Part shown: one piece after another, positions 8,382 through 15,868 of the stretch
Layout of the letters: each line of letters opens with the position of its first letter
Position numbering within the stretch: the stretch's first letter is position 1
DNA from: Hadesarchaea archaeon
Lineage (GTDB): Archaea; Hadarchaeota; Hadarchaeia; Hadarchaeales; Hadarchaeaceae
Assembly (NCBI GenBank): GCA_004375695.1
Contig: SOKQ01000037.1
Coordinates: forward strand, 1 to 44,178
Direction of reading: 5' to 3'
DNA: 44,178 nucleotides
Notes under the pieces: generated by a model
The model's input: only the letters and a program-made list of their open reading frames with translations
What the model was told of the DNA's origin: nothing
The model's database searches: none
Position numbers and translations under genes: made by a program

Positions 8382-9458
8382 TTATCCAACCAGCATTCCG
8401 TAAATGATGCCAAGCATGGTTGAAAATATCACAACCAACGCTATGTAAACGCTAGTTTTTCTTGCGCCAATAGTCTTCCACACCAAAAGCATGTTTGGGA
8501 GACTCAAGGATGGTCCGGCAAGAAGCAGGGCCAACGCGGGACCTGCACCGATGATACCTTGGCTGTATCCAAAGAGGGTGCCGACTATGGGGACTTCAAG
8601 CAGCGTCGGCATGTACAGTATTGCCCCGATTATTGAGGCGATGAAGCAAGAAAAAATTAGATTTCCACCCAACACACCCTTTACTGCATCGTACGGCATG
8701 AAGTATCCTATCACCCCGGTTATGAAAACGCCGAGTAGCAGGATTGGTACAAGTCTTTTAGCCAACCACCACGTTTCATGTCCCCACGCGCTAACTTCAT
8801 CCCGCGAATAGTGGAACTTCACGATCGCTAATGTCGCAATTATCAACGCGCCGACGATTACAGCTTTTAAGGTCAGGGGGATGTACCCAGAGGCTGCGAT
8901 TAGCAATATAAGCACAAGGAATGCAAAGAAGCCAAAACTCACATACCAAGCCCTTCTTTTTGAATCCCCATTGGGGTTTGTTTCGATGGTTGATATGGGG
9001 ACAGAGGCCTCATTTTTTTCTTGTCTCCCAAACACAGCGCCCATAATCAACCCTATCACTATTGCCACCGATATCGCACCAACTGCTCTTGCAATCCCGA
9101 GGCCTATGCCGAGAACACTTGCCGTCAGAACTATAGCTAAAAGGTTGATTGCGGGCCCAGAGTATAGGAAGGTTGTTGCGGGTCCTATGCCGCCTCCTCT
9201 CTTGTAAATACCCGCGAACATGGGGAGCACAGTACAACTACAAACGGCCAGAATTGTACCAGAAATAGAAGCCACACCGTGTGAGACCCATTTCTTTACT
9301 TTACTGCCAAAGTATCTCAGTACCGTACCCTTTGAGATAACCGCCGCAATAGCACCTGCGATGAAAAAAGCCGGAACTAAACATGTCACCACGTGTGCTG
9401 AGAGGTACTCTCCAAGCTGCTCTAATCCAGCCCATAATGCTCCCACTAGACCATTCAT
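8382..9458 (-). CDS. permease, COG0701/ArsP-like family
   Basis: 358 aa polytopic protein with the characteristic CSC motif (LAVCSCTVLPMFAGIYKRGG). It pairs with a small thioredoxin gene, as is common for this family. Confidence 0.75.
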   Translation of the reverse strand: MNGLVGALWAGLEQLGEYLSAHVVTCLVPAFFIAGAIAAVISKGTVLRYFGSKVKKWVSHGVASISGTILAVCSCTVLPMFAGIYKRGGGIGPATTFLYSGPAINLLAIVLTASVLGIGLGIARAVGAISVAIVIGLIMGAVFGRQEKNEASVPISTIETNPNGDSKRRAWYVSFGFFAFLVLILLIAASGYIPLTLKAVIVGALIIATLAIVKFHYSRDEVSAWGHETWWLAKRLVPILLLGVFITGVIGYFMPYDAVKGVLGGNLIFSCFIASIIGAILYMPTLLEVPIVGTLFGYSQGIIGAGPALALLLAGPSLSLPNMLLVWKTIGARKTSVYIALVVIFSTMLGIIYGMLVG

Positions 9459-9474
9459 TCTTCCACCCTCAAAT

Positions 9475-9494
9475 ATATGAATTTAAATTCATAT
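9475..9494. promoter_or_regulatory. perfect palindrome ATATGAATTT/AAATTCATAT, second copy of the candidate ArsR operator
   Basis: The sequence atatgaa tttaaa ttcatat lies 17 nt upstream of the permease start at 9458. Half-sites and N6 spacing are identical to 5974-5993. Confidence 0.45.
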
Positions 9495-9636
9495 GAAAAG
9501 TTTAAATATTTTTTCGTTTGATATGAAAGTCGATCGGTGGACAAAAAATGGAATTTCCATGCCCCGCTGAATTACCAAACACTTGACTCGAACCAAACTT
9601 TCTATACCTGCCTTGGCGATTGTAGGATTGATATTT

Positions 9637-10260
9637 ATGGAGATTGTGTTAGTCGGCCGCTCGAACGTCGGGAAGTCGAGCGTGATCAAGCAACTCACGG
9701 GAAAGCGGGTTCGGGTGGGCAAGCGACCCGGGGTGACGCGCAGGCCCTACCGCTATCGATGCGGCGAGCTCGATCTGGTTGACATGCCGGGCTTCGGCTT
9801 TATGGCGGGCGTCAGCCGCGAAAGGCGGGAGGAGATAAAGACAAGTATTGTGCGCTACTTGGAGCGAAATCGGCGAAGAATTCTGTTTGCACTTGAGGTG
9901 CTCGATGCCCGCGCCTTCAGCGAGATTGTAGAGCGGTGGAAGCGGCGGGGCCAGGTGCCCGTAGACGTTGAGATGTTTCAGTTTTTGCAGGAACTCGAAC
10001 TCCGCCCAATCGTTGTCGTGAACAAGATTGACCTCGTCTATCCTGAGGAGCGCGATGATGTGCTCGATAACATTTGTGAGAAGCTTGGCATGTCTTTCCC
10101 ATGGCGTCAGTGGGGGGATGTCGTAGTCCCATTTTCCGCGAAGACGGGAGAAGGTTGGGAGAATGTAATAAGACTGATTCGCGAGAGATTAACAGCTTGT
10201 GGCAAGCCCCATTTTAATAGATTTCTTAAACGTGGCCGGAGTCGCTTTACTAATCGTTAG
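9637..10260 (+). CDS. engB: ribosome-biogenesis GTPase EngB/YsxC
   Basis: Start placed at ATG 9637 (MEIVLVGRSNVGKSSVI, P-loop GxxxxGKS). DMPGFG (G3) and NKID (G4) motifs are present. Confidence 0.85.
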   Translation: MEIVLVGRSNVGKSSVIKQLTGKRVRVGKRPGVTRRPYRYRCGELDLVDMPGFGFMAGVSRERREEIKTSIVRYLERNRRRILFALEVLDARAFSEIVERWKRRGQVPVDVEMFQFLQELELRPIVVVNKIDLVYPEERDDVLDNICEKLGMSFPWRQWGDVVVPFSAKTGEGWENVIRLIRERLTACGKPHFNRFLKRGRSRFTNR

Positions 10261-10350
10261 CGTGTCGAAAGAGTGAGTTGTCGCGCGGAGCGTACATGAT
10301 AAAGAATGGCAAGATTGGAGGAAGAGGTCGAGATTGCCGCTGCGTGAAGT

Positions 10351-11565
10351 TTACTTGATGGCTAGACCTTGATCCTTGGCAATCTCAAGGAACGCCTTTG
10401 CAACATGCTCCACTTTTGCTTTAGTTAGTCCGTAGGTGTTGAGCTTAAAGTGCTTCGTCAATCCCGGCTGAATCCCAACGATGCCCCTGCGCTTCAGCTC
10501 ATCGTACAGGAAGAACCCGCGCCGTTTGTGAGTTTGCGACGCCTTGTAAAATCCATCCGACTCCATGTGGATTAGGGTATGTTGTTTGGGCTTGACCCCC
10601 AGTTGTCGGGTCCCCTCGATTCGCTCCAGCTGCTCGACTAGGTATCTTGCTTGCTCTACCTCTTGGGGCCAGTGTTCGACCCGTTCGACCACGTGAGGGA
10701 ATGAAGCCATCAGCGAGATGAGCGGCGCACCCATTACCGTGCAACCTAACAAAGCATACTCCTTGAGTCCGAATTTGCGCTCACTCCAGTCACCCACGAC
10801 TTTTGATCTCTCCAACATCTTGTCGACTAGCTCTTCCTTGAGTGCCAAGATGCCGGTTGGGGCGCTCGCCGCCCATGACTTGTGCCCGCTCGAGACGATG
10901 ATATCCGCGCCCAGCTTTTTTCCATCGATTGGCATCACCCCCGCCGTGTAAGCCGCGTTCAGCAGGAAGGGCACTCCATATTTTTTACATATTTCCCCCA
11001 CGGTCGCGGCATTGTTTAGGTTGCCGTAGATGTAATCGACGTGGGTGAGTAGCACCACCGCGGGGAGCTTTCCAGTCTCTCGCTTGACCTCCTCTATTTT
11101 ATCAGCGTACGCATCCAAGTCGAGCTTGAACTCAGGAGGACCGCTGTGGGGAACCTCCTTGATCTTGAGTCTGGCGAGTTCAGCAGCTATGTAAGTTGAG
11201 TAGTGAGCAAGGCTGTCGACGATCACGTAGTCACCGGGTTCCCCCAAGGTTGTGAATGTTATGAACTTCGCCTCTCTGCAGCGCGTAACTACTCGAGCTA
11301 CATCCATGTTTAAAAATTCAGCCAAGTCCCGCATGAACTGGGCTATGGGAGGGCGCTCGATCGCGTCGAGCCTCGCTGCTTTCGGCGGGCACCAGTCGCA
11401 GGTCGAGTAACCGTCACCGAACTCGAGCAGGGCCTTCCGCGCCTCTGGAGTCAGCACCCCTCCCCGCTGGATGGGGTTAAGGTTGATGTAGCGTTCTTCC
11501 TTGAACTCGCGCTTCAGACCGAGGTATCGCCCGAGCCTTTCCTTTGGTATCCGAGGCATACACAT
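10351..11565 (-). CDS. pscS: O-phospho-L-seryl-tRNA:Cys-tRNA synthase (SepCysS)
   Basis: 404 aa PLP enzyme. Has the SepCysS N-terminal signature YINLNPIQRGG, the PLP lysine motif SSGHKS and conserved Cys residues (STCDWCPP). Its start is 1 nt after the E1 stop. Confidence 0.9.
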   Translation of the reverse strand: MCMPRIPKERLGRYLGLKREFKEERYINLNPIQRGGVLTPEARKALLEFGDGYSTCDWCPPKAARLDAIERPPIAQFMRDLAEFLNMDVARVVTRCREAKFITFTTLGEPGDYVIVDSLAHYSTYIAAELARLKIKEVPHSGPPEFKLDLDAYADKIEEVKRETGKLPAVVLLTHVDYIYGNLNNAATVGEICKKYGVPFLLNAAYTAGVMPIDGKKLGADIIVSSGHKSWAASAPTGILALKEELVDKMLERSKVVGDWSERKFGLKEYALLGCTVMGAPLISLMASFPHVVERVEHWPQEVEQARYLVEQLERIEGTRQLGVKPKQHTLIHMESDGFYKASQTHKRRGFFLYDELKRRGIVGIQPGLTKHFKLNTYGLTKAKVEHVAKAFLEIAKDQGLAIK

Positions 11566-11566
11566 C

Positions 11567-12301
11567 TCACCTGCCCTGTCTGCCGCATACTTGGCAGCTA
11601 GGGTCTTGGTTGACTTTTATCTCGTCGAAGGTCATATCCATGCCGTTAAATATTAACATTCTACCTACAAGGGGCTTGCCCACCCCTGTTATGAGCTTTA
11701 TCGCCTCCATTGCTTGCAGGCACCCTATCACCCCCGGAGTCGCTCCGAGCACTGGAAAAAGGGGTTTCTTCGGTGGTTCCTTGGGTATCGCACACTTCAG
11801 GCACGGGCCCCCGCCTGGCAGGATTGTCATTAGCTGCCCCACTAAACCTTCGACCGCACCATGGATGAATGGGACGCGGTTTCGCACGCATGCCTCGTTG
11901 AGTAAATAACGTGTGTGATAATTGTCCATACCATCAACAACGACATCCACCCCTTTGGTGAGTCGGTTCACGTTTTCGGAAGTTATCTGTTCAAATATGG
12001 CGTCGACTTTGATGTTTGAATTCATCGTCGTCAACTTCTCGGTAGCAGATTCCACTTTTAACCGGCCTACATCTGGCCCCCAGTGCAGCATCTGTCGATT
12101 GAGGTTGCTGAGTTTCGCCCGTTGCGAATCTATGATCGTAAGGTGGCCAACCCCTGCAGTGGCCAAATAACTCGACGCTGGACTCCCGAGCCCACCAATA
12201 CCGGCCACAACTACATGGGCGGCCTTTAACTTGCGCTGTCCGGTCTTGCCGAAGCCATTAATAATCATCTGGCGGCTGTATCGCCCAAAATCCTCCGGCG
12301 T
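11567..12301 (-). CDS. ThiF/MoeB/UbaA-type E1-like adenylyltransferase (no rhodanese domain); 5' end placed at a putative ACG start
   Basis: Has the nucleotide-binding motif VVVAGIGGLGS and two CxxC pairs (CLKC, CQVC). The conserved RYSRQ motif is encoded in frame upstream of the first ATG (12268). GGAGGT lies 6 nt before the ACG at 12301. Confidence 0.8.
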   Translation of the reverse strand, partial: TPEDFGRYSRQMIINGFGKTGQRKLKAAHVVVAGIGGLGSPASSYLATAGVGHLTIIDSQRAKLSNLNRQMLHWGPDVGRLKVESATEKLTTMNSNIKVDAIFEQITSENVNRLTKGVDVVVDGMDNYHTRYLLNEACVRNRVPFIHGAVEGLVGQLMTILPGGGPCLKCAIPKEPPKKPLFPVLGATPGVIGCLQAMEAIKLITGVGKPLVGRMLIFNGMDMTFDEIKVNQDPSCQVCGRQGR

Positions 12302-12304
12302 AAG

Positions 12305-12586
12305 CTAACCTCCAGCAACTGGTGGAAATATCGCCACCAAAGCTCCATCTTTCAGTGGCGTGTTGAGTCCTTGGAGAAAATCTAGCCTTCTGCCATTCAC
12401 CAAAATGTTCACAGTTTTGCGGAGTTCTCGCGTGTCGGAGGAGTAAAGTCGTTCGGCTAGCTTTTTTCCAAACCTGCTGACGAGCTCGTCAAGGAGGGAA
12501 GTGACGTCGTTTACTCCCTCAATGCTCGCCTGTTTTTTCTCGGTAGCTTCACGGAATCCAGCGAAGAATTTCGCGGTGACTGCCAT
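12305..12586 (-). CDS. MoaD/ThiS/SAMP-like ubiquitin-like sulfur-carrier protein with C-terminal Gly-Gly
   Basis: 93 aa ending IFPPVAGG followed directly by the stop, the hallmark of thiocarboxylate-forming Ubl carriers. Lies immediately upstream of the E1 gene. Confidence 0.8.
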   Translation of the reverse strand: MAVTAKFFAGFREATEKKQASIEGVNDVTSLLDELVSRFGKKLAERLYSSDTRELRKTVNILVNGRRLDFLQGLNTPLKDGALVAIFPPVAGG

Positions 12587-12611
12587 CGATTTCCCATCTC
12601 ACATTGAAGTT

Positions 12612-13391
12612 CTATAAAATTAATGCCTGCTCTAGCCCGTAATCTTGATATTTTTTCCGGGTGTTGGAGAGTTCTTGGGATTCTGGCGATACCTGAATTA
12701 GCTCAGGGAGCTTGCCCCAAGTGCCAATGTGTTCTCTCCTCACGATCAGACAGCCCCTAATTTCTCGAATGCGCTTGGCCCGGCTCAGCCCCTGCTCGAT
12801 CGAAGATTTGAGGTCTTCTCCCCTAACTGCGTTCGCTATTGAGGTAGCTGCCGCGTCCGCCACCGAGGTCTCGCATGCAACTGCGACGACGGCATCTGCT
12901 TGCCCAAAGCTCAGCGAGTGACCGGTCGTTCCCGAGCTCGTGCAGATACCTATCGGCAACTCCACAGCCCGAACAAGAAATCCTATTTTTCCGGAGTTCT
13001 GTGTATCACCCGCGAAGACCCCTACACGGAAATCTCTAGCGCCAATTATGGCTATGTCTCCTCCGTTTTCCACCAGCACGTTTTCGGCGCCCGCGCTTCG
13101 CGCTGCTTCAGCCGCGACCTGTGAGATGGCTCCGGCAACAGCTGCGAAGGGTCCTATCCCTGCGAGCTCACCTGCCCTCAGCATGAGTTCGATGACCCTT
13201 GGACGCGCTCCCTCTAGCCTCAGAGGCTCAAGCGACCATCGAAACTCCGGGTGCGCGAGGACGTATCGCTCGATCTCGCATCGGGCCTGTAGGCTGGCGT
13301 CGATCGCAGAATCTATCGTCCGCTCATCGTCGCACTTTATGTGGAGGTTTGTCTCCTTGAAGGACCAAGTTTGCGAGTACATTTGAATCAC
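12612..13391 (-). CDS. UPF0280 / COG2122 ApbE-like protein (MA1715-type sulfide-assimilation factor)
   Basis: 259 aa. Motifs GPFAAVAGAISQ, VENGGDI, CTSSGTTGHSLSFGQADAVV and ADAAATS are as in UPF0280 family members. Confidence 0.75.
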   Translation of the reverse strand: MIQMYSQTWSFKETNLHIKCDDERTIDSAIDASLQARCEIERYVLAHPEFRWSLEPLRLEGARPRVIELMLRAGELAGIGPFAAVAGAISQVAAEAARSAGAENVLVENGGDIAIIGARDFRVGVFAGDTQNSGKIGFLVRAVELPIGICTSSGTTGHSLSFGQADAVVAVACETSVADAAATSIANAVRGEDLKSSIEQGLSRAKRIREIRGCLIVRREHIGTWGKLPELIQVSPESQELSNTRKKYQDYGLEQALIL

Positions 13392-13793
13392 CTAGAACCT
13401 CGATAGCTTGAGCGCTCGCACCGGGCATGATGGTACGCAGAGCTCGCAGTAAATACACTTGTCCTCGTCGAGCTCGACCGATTTGTCGTCAGTCATGTAA
13501 AGCGCGCCGGTCGGACAGAGTGAGAGACATGCCCCGCAGTCGAAGCATGAATCGCGGTCGAGCTCGATTGCACGCTTAATCTCTTGGACCTCGACGCCTT
13601 TTCGCTTGAACAGCGCGATTGTCTTATCAACCTCTTTGTCGGGAGCATCGATTGAAAGCAGTATCTCTCCACCTTTTGTGCTGAGTTCAGCGTACAGAAT
13701 ATTGGGCAGGATCTCAGTTTTTTTGATTACTGATGCTAAAATGGGCTCTGTGGCTTTCTGAGTGGAGTACCTCAATAGCACCTTTCGAGTCAT
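13392..13793 (-). CDS. NIL domain plus 2x[4Fe-4S] ferredoxin (MA1822-type)
   Basis: 133 aa. The N-terminal NIL-like domain is followed by two Cys clusters, CFDCGACLSLCP and CIYCELCVPSCP. Confidence 0.85.
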   Translation of the reverse strand: MTRKVLLRYSTQKATEPILASVIKKTEILPNILYAELSTKGGEILLSIDAPDKEVDKTIALFKRKGVEVQEIKRAIELDRDSCFDCGACLSLCPTGALYMTDDKSVELDEDKCIYCELCVPSCPVRALKLSRF

Positions 13794-15331
13794 CTTCCTC
13801 GTCCCCCCAACAACTTAGATAGATCCTGATTCGTCAGGATTCCTCTGAGCTCGCCCCGGGCGTTTATCACAGGAACTCCAGAGATTTTGTGTTTTTCAAG
13901 TTTCCTCGCCACGGCATCGACTGGCTCGTCCTCAGTTGCCGTGATGACCTTGGAAGTCAGAACCTCTGACAATTTCTTCTTACCAGTCCCGACTGCCACG
14001 GCGATGTCCCACGAGGTCGCGATTCCCACGAGTCTCCCTTTGGCATCTACGATCGGGAGATGGTCGAAGTTGCGCTTAGCGAATATCTTTGCTGCGCTGG
14101 CGATTGAGTCGCTTGGCTTGGCGGTCACCACCTCTCTCGTCATCAAATTCCTGACAAACGGGACGGCTGTGATTTGTTTCATCGGCTTGAACACTTGATC
14201 GGTGGACAGCCCTTCCACGGGTTGGGAAAGGAAGAATCGCTTTTCTTCAATCCACTTCTTTAGGACGCCAGAGATTTCTCTCGCCCACTTCAGGCTGCTC
14301 AGGGGGCTGACGAGTACTTCATTGCCATTGATTTCAACCTTCCCAGATTTCAGTTCAGAGTAGGTCACCTCCCTAAGGATTGGACGGCCCCTTCGAGGAG
14401 CCCCGTAGTCGGTGAGATCTGTTTTTATCTCATCATCGCTGACGCCAGTTGTCTTTGCAACTCGCTCGTTTATGATTGGAATTGGAATTCCCAAGCCGAC
14501 GTAGAGCGAAGTCCCGTAATTTTCGATTGTTACTCCCCTGATGTAGCGTGCATCCATCTCTTTCAAGTTCCCGATGGTCATGATGGTGCCCATTGTCTTG
14601 GTGGGGGCGTGTTGAGTGCCCTCCCAGAAGATGTAGCCTTGAGCACCCCCTAGGAAGATTCGCGTTCCAATCCCGATTGTTTCGTAGTTGGGGTCGTTGT
14701 GGAGCGGGCTTAGGCTGCCGGATCCCGAGTATGTCACGTTACCGTAGTTTGGCAGCAGGGTTCCCATGTAGGTGTATATCGTTTCATCACGCGAGTTCGT
14801 GGCCGCGACGTAGCGCTGGTAGGCGTTGCGTGGGTTGCATAGGACAGCCTGATTTATGTCGTCCTTGGTTATGGTGGTCTCGAGCTCCTTGCGTGGATAG
14901 CAATCGGTGCCATACGCGATTGCCCTGACATCGATTTTTTTACCTCTAATCAAATCTTCGATAACGTGCCCGCCGCCGTACTCAAAGCCGTGGGTCTCGC
15001 TGAGCTGGGTGGCGCCTATGTAAGCATCGACGGCCGCAACGCCGGCGTAAGCTTCGACATCGTTGAGCCAGACACGCTGCATTTTAATCGGCGGATCAGC
15101 ATGCCCGAAGTTCAGCCAAGCTCCCGAGCTACACATCGCTCCGAATGTACCCGTGGTGACGATGTCCACTTCTTTGGCAGCCGCGACTTCACCCCTTTCT
15201 CTCACGATCTCCACCATTTCCTCCGCTGTCACGACCACCGCATCGCCACGCCTGATCCGGTCGTTTATCTCGGCCACCGACTTGTTCACTTTGGTTTTAG
15301 TCAGTCCAATACCCCCTATTTCAGGAACCAA
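13790..15331 (-). CDS. COG1900 homocysteine-biosynthesis protein (MA1821-type) with C-terminal tandem CBS domains
   Basis: 513 aa. The N-terminal ~370 aa show the COG1900/DUF39 layout. The C-terminus has two CBS repeats (MTREVVTAKPSD..., HLPIVDAKGRLVGIATSWDI; VITATEDEPV..., GVPVINARGELRGILTNQDL). TTG start per the track. Confidence 0.85.
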   Translation of the reverse strand: MVPEIGGIGLTKTKVNKSVAEINDRIRRGDAVVVTAEEMVEIVRERGEVAAAKEVDIVTTGTFGAMCSSGAWLNFGHADPPIKMQRVWLNDVEAYAGVAAVDAYIGATQLSETHGFEYGGGHVIEDLIRGKKIDVRAIAYGTDCYPRKELETTITKDDINQAVLCNPRNAYQRYVAATNSRDETIYTYMGTLLPNYGNVTYSGSGSLSPLHNDPNYETIGIGTRIFLGGAQGYIFWEGTQHAPTKTMGTIMTIGNLKEMDARYIRGVTIENYGTSLYVGLGIPIPIINERVAKTTGVSDDEIKTDLTDYGAPRRGRPILREVTYSELKSGKVEINGNEVLVSPLSSLKWAREISGVLKKWIEEKRFFLSQPVEGLSTDQVFKPMKQITAVPFVRNLMTREVVTAKPSDSIASAAKIFAKRNFDHLPIVDAKGRLVGIATSWDIAVAVGTGKKKLSEVLTSKVITATEDEPVDAVARKLEKHKISGVPVINARGELRGILTNQDLSKLLGGRGR

Positions 15332-15373
15332 TGATAAATACTGCTATTTATATTTTTTGGATTAAAAAATTAC

Positions 15374-15580
15374 TCACAGGAATATCTCTAACCTTCTAGC
15401 GTTCAGGGTATCAGCTATAGTTTTTTGGCTCTTTTCCACGGCATCTGCAGCCTCTTGCCCGAGTGAGTAAAGAAAAAGTGGATGTCCAAATTTCTCGGTG
15501 AGGTACGGTAACATGGCGTCGAGGACCTCTTTAGCTACTTGGGTTGTTGTGCCATTGTCTAAGTAAGCTCTCATCGCCAT
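15374..15580 (-). pseudogene. remnant of a cysteine desulfurase (NifS/IscS) gene: N-terminal ~68 codons only
   Basis: MAMRAYLDNGTTTQVAKEVLDAMLPYLTEKFGHPLFLYSLG...ARRLEIFL aligns to the class V aminotransferase N-terminus (YLDNaaTT...amlpy.te.FGNPsS.HS.G...EIiFTSG). It stops where the FTSG segment should follow. Only 42 nt separate it from the next gene. Confidence 0.6.
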
Positions 15581-15708
15581 TCCTAATGTATAATGGTGTT
15601 ATATTATTAAGAATATTTACGCGGCCGGCAAGCATCTATGATCGGATTAATCACGCGCAGCCTTCCCGGACATCATTCCCACATTAAGTCAATCTCGCAG
15701 GGGTTTCT

Positions 15709-15855
15709 CTAGCATTTTGCATACTTCTCAGGGTTCTCCTCGAAGCTTGTCTTGCATGCAGGGGCGCAGAAGTAGTAGGTCTTGCCCTTGTACTCCGCCT
15801 TGTGCTCAGCCGTTGCCTCGTCCACGTCCATTCCACACACGGGATCCTTTGCCAT
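15709..15855 (-). CDS. YHS/TRASH-type metal-binding small protein (48 aa, below the ORF-track cutoff)
   Basis: Hand translation: MAKDPVCGMDVDEATAEHKAEYKGKTYYFCAPACKTSFEENPEKYAKC. YHS consensus DPVCGM...GK.YYFC...C...F..NPE.Y is present. GGAGGTGG lies 3 nt upstream of the ATG. It starts 13 nt downstream of the copA stop. Confidence 0.7.
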   Translation of the reverse strand: MAKDPVCGMDVDEATAEHKAEYKGKTYYFCAPACKTSFEENPEKYAKC

Positions 15856-15868
15856 TCTCCACCTCCTT

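Noticed and set aside
12305-12307. TAG as a recoded (pyrrolysine) codon genome-wide
   Set aside because: TAG is used as an ordinary stop for several well-defined genes in this window (175-177, argG 2787-2789, 38520-38522). General amber recoding is therefore unlikely, and only local readthrough remains as a minor alternative.
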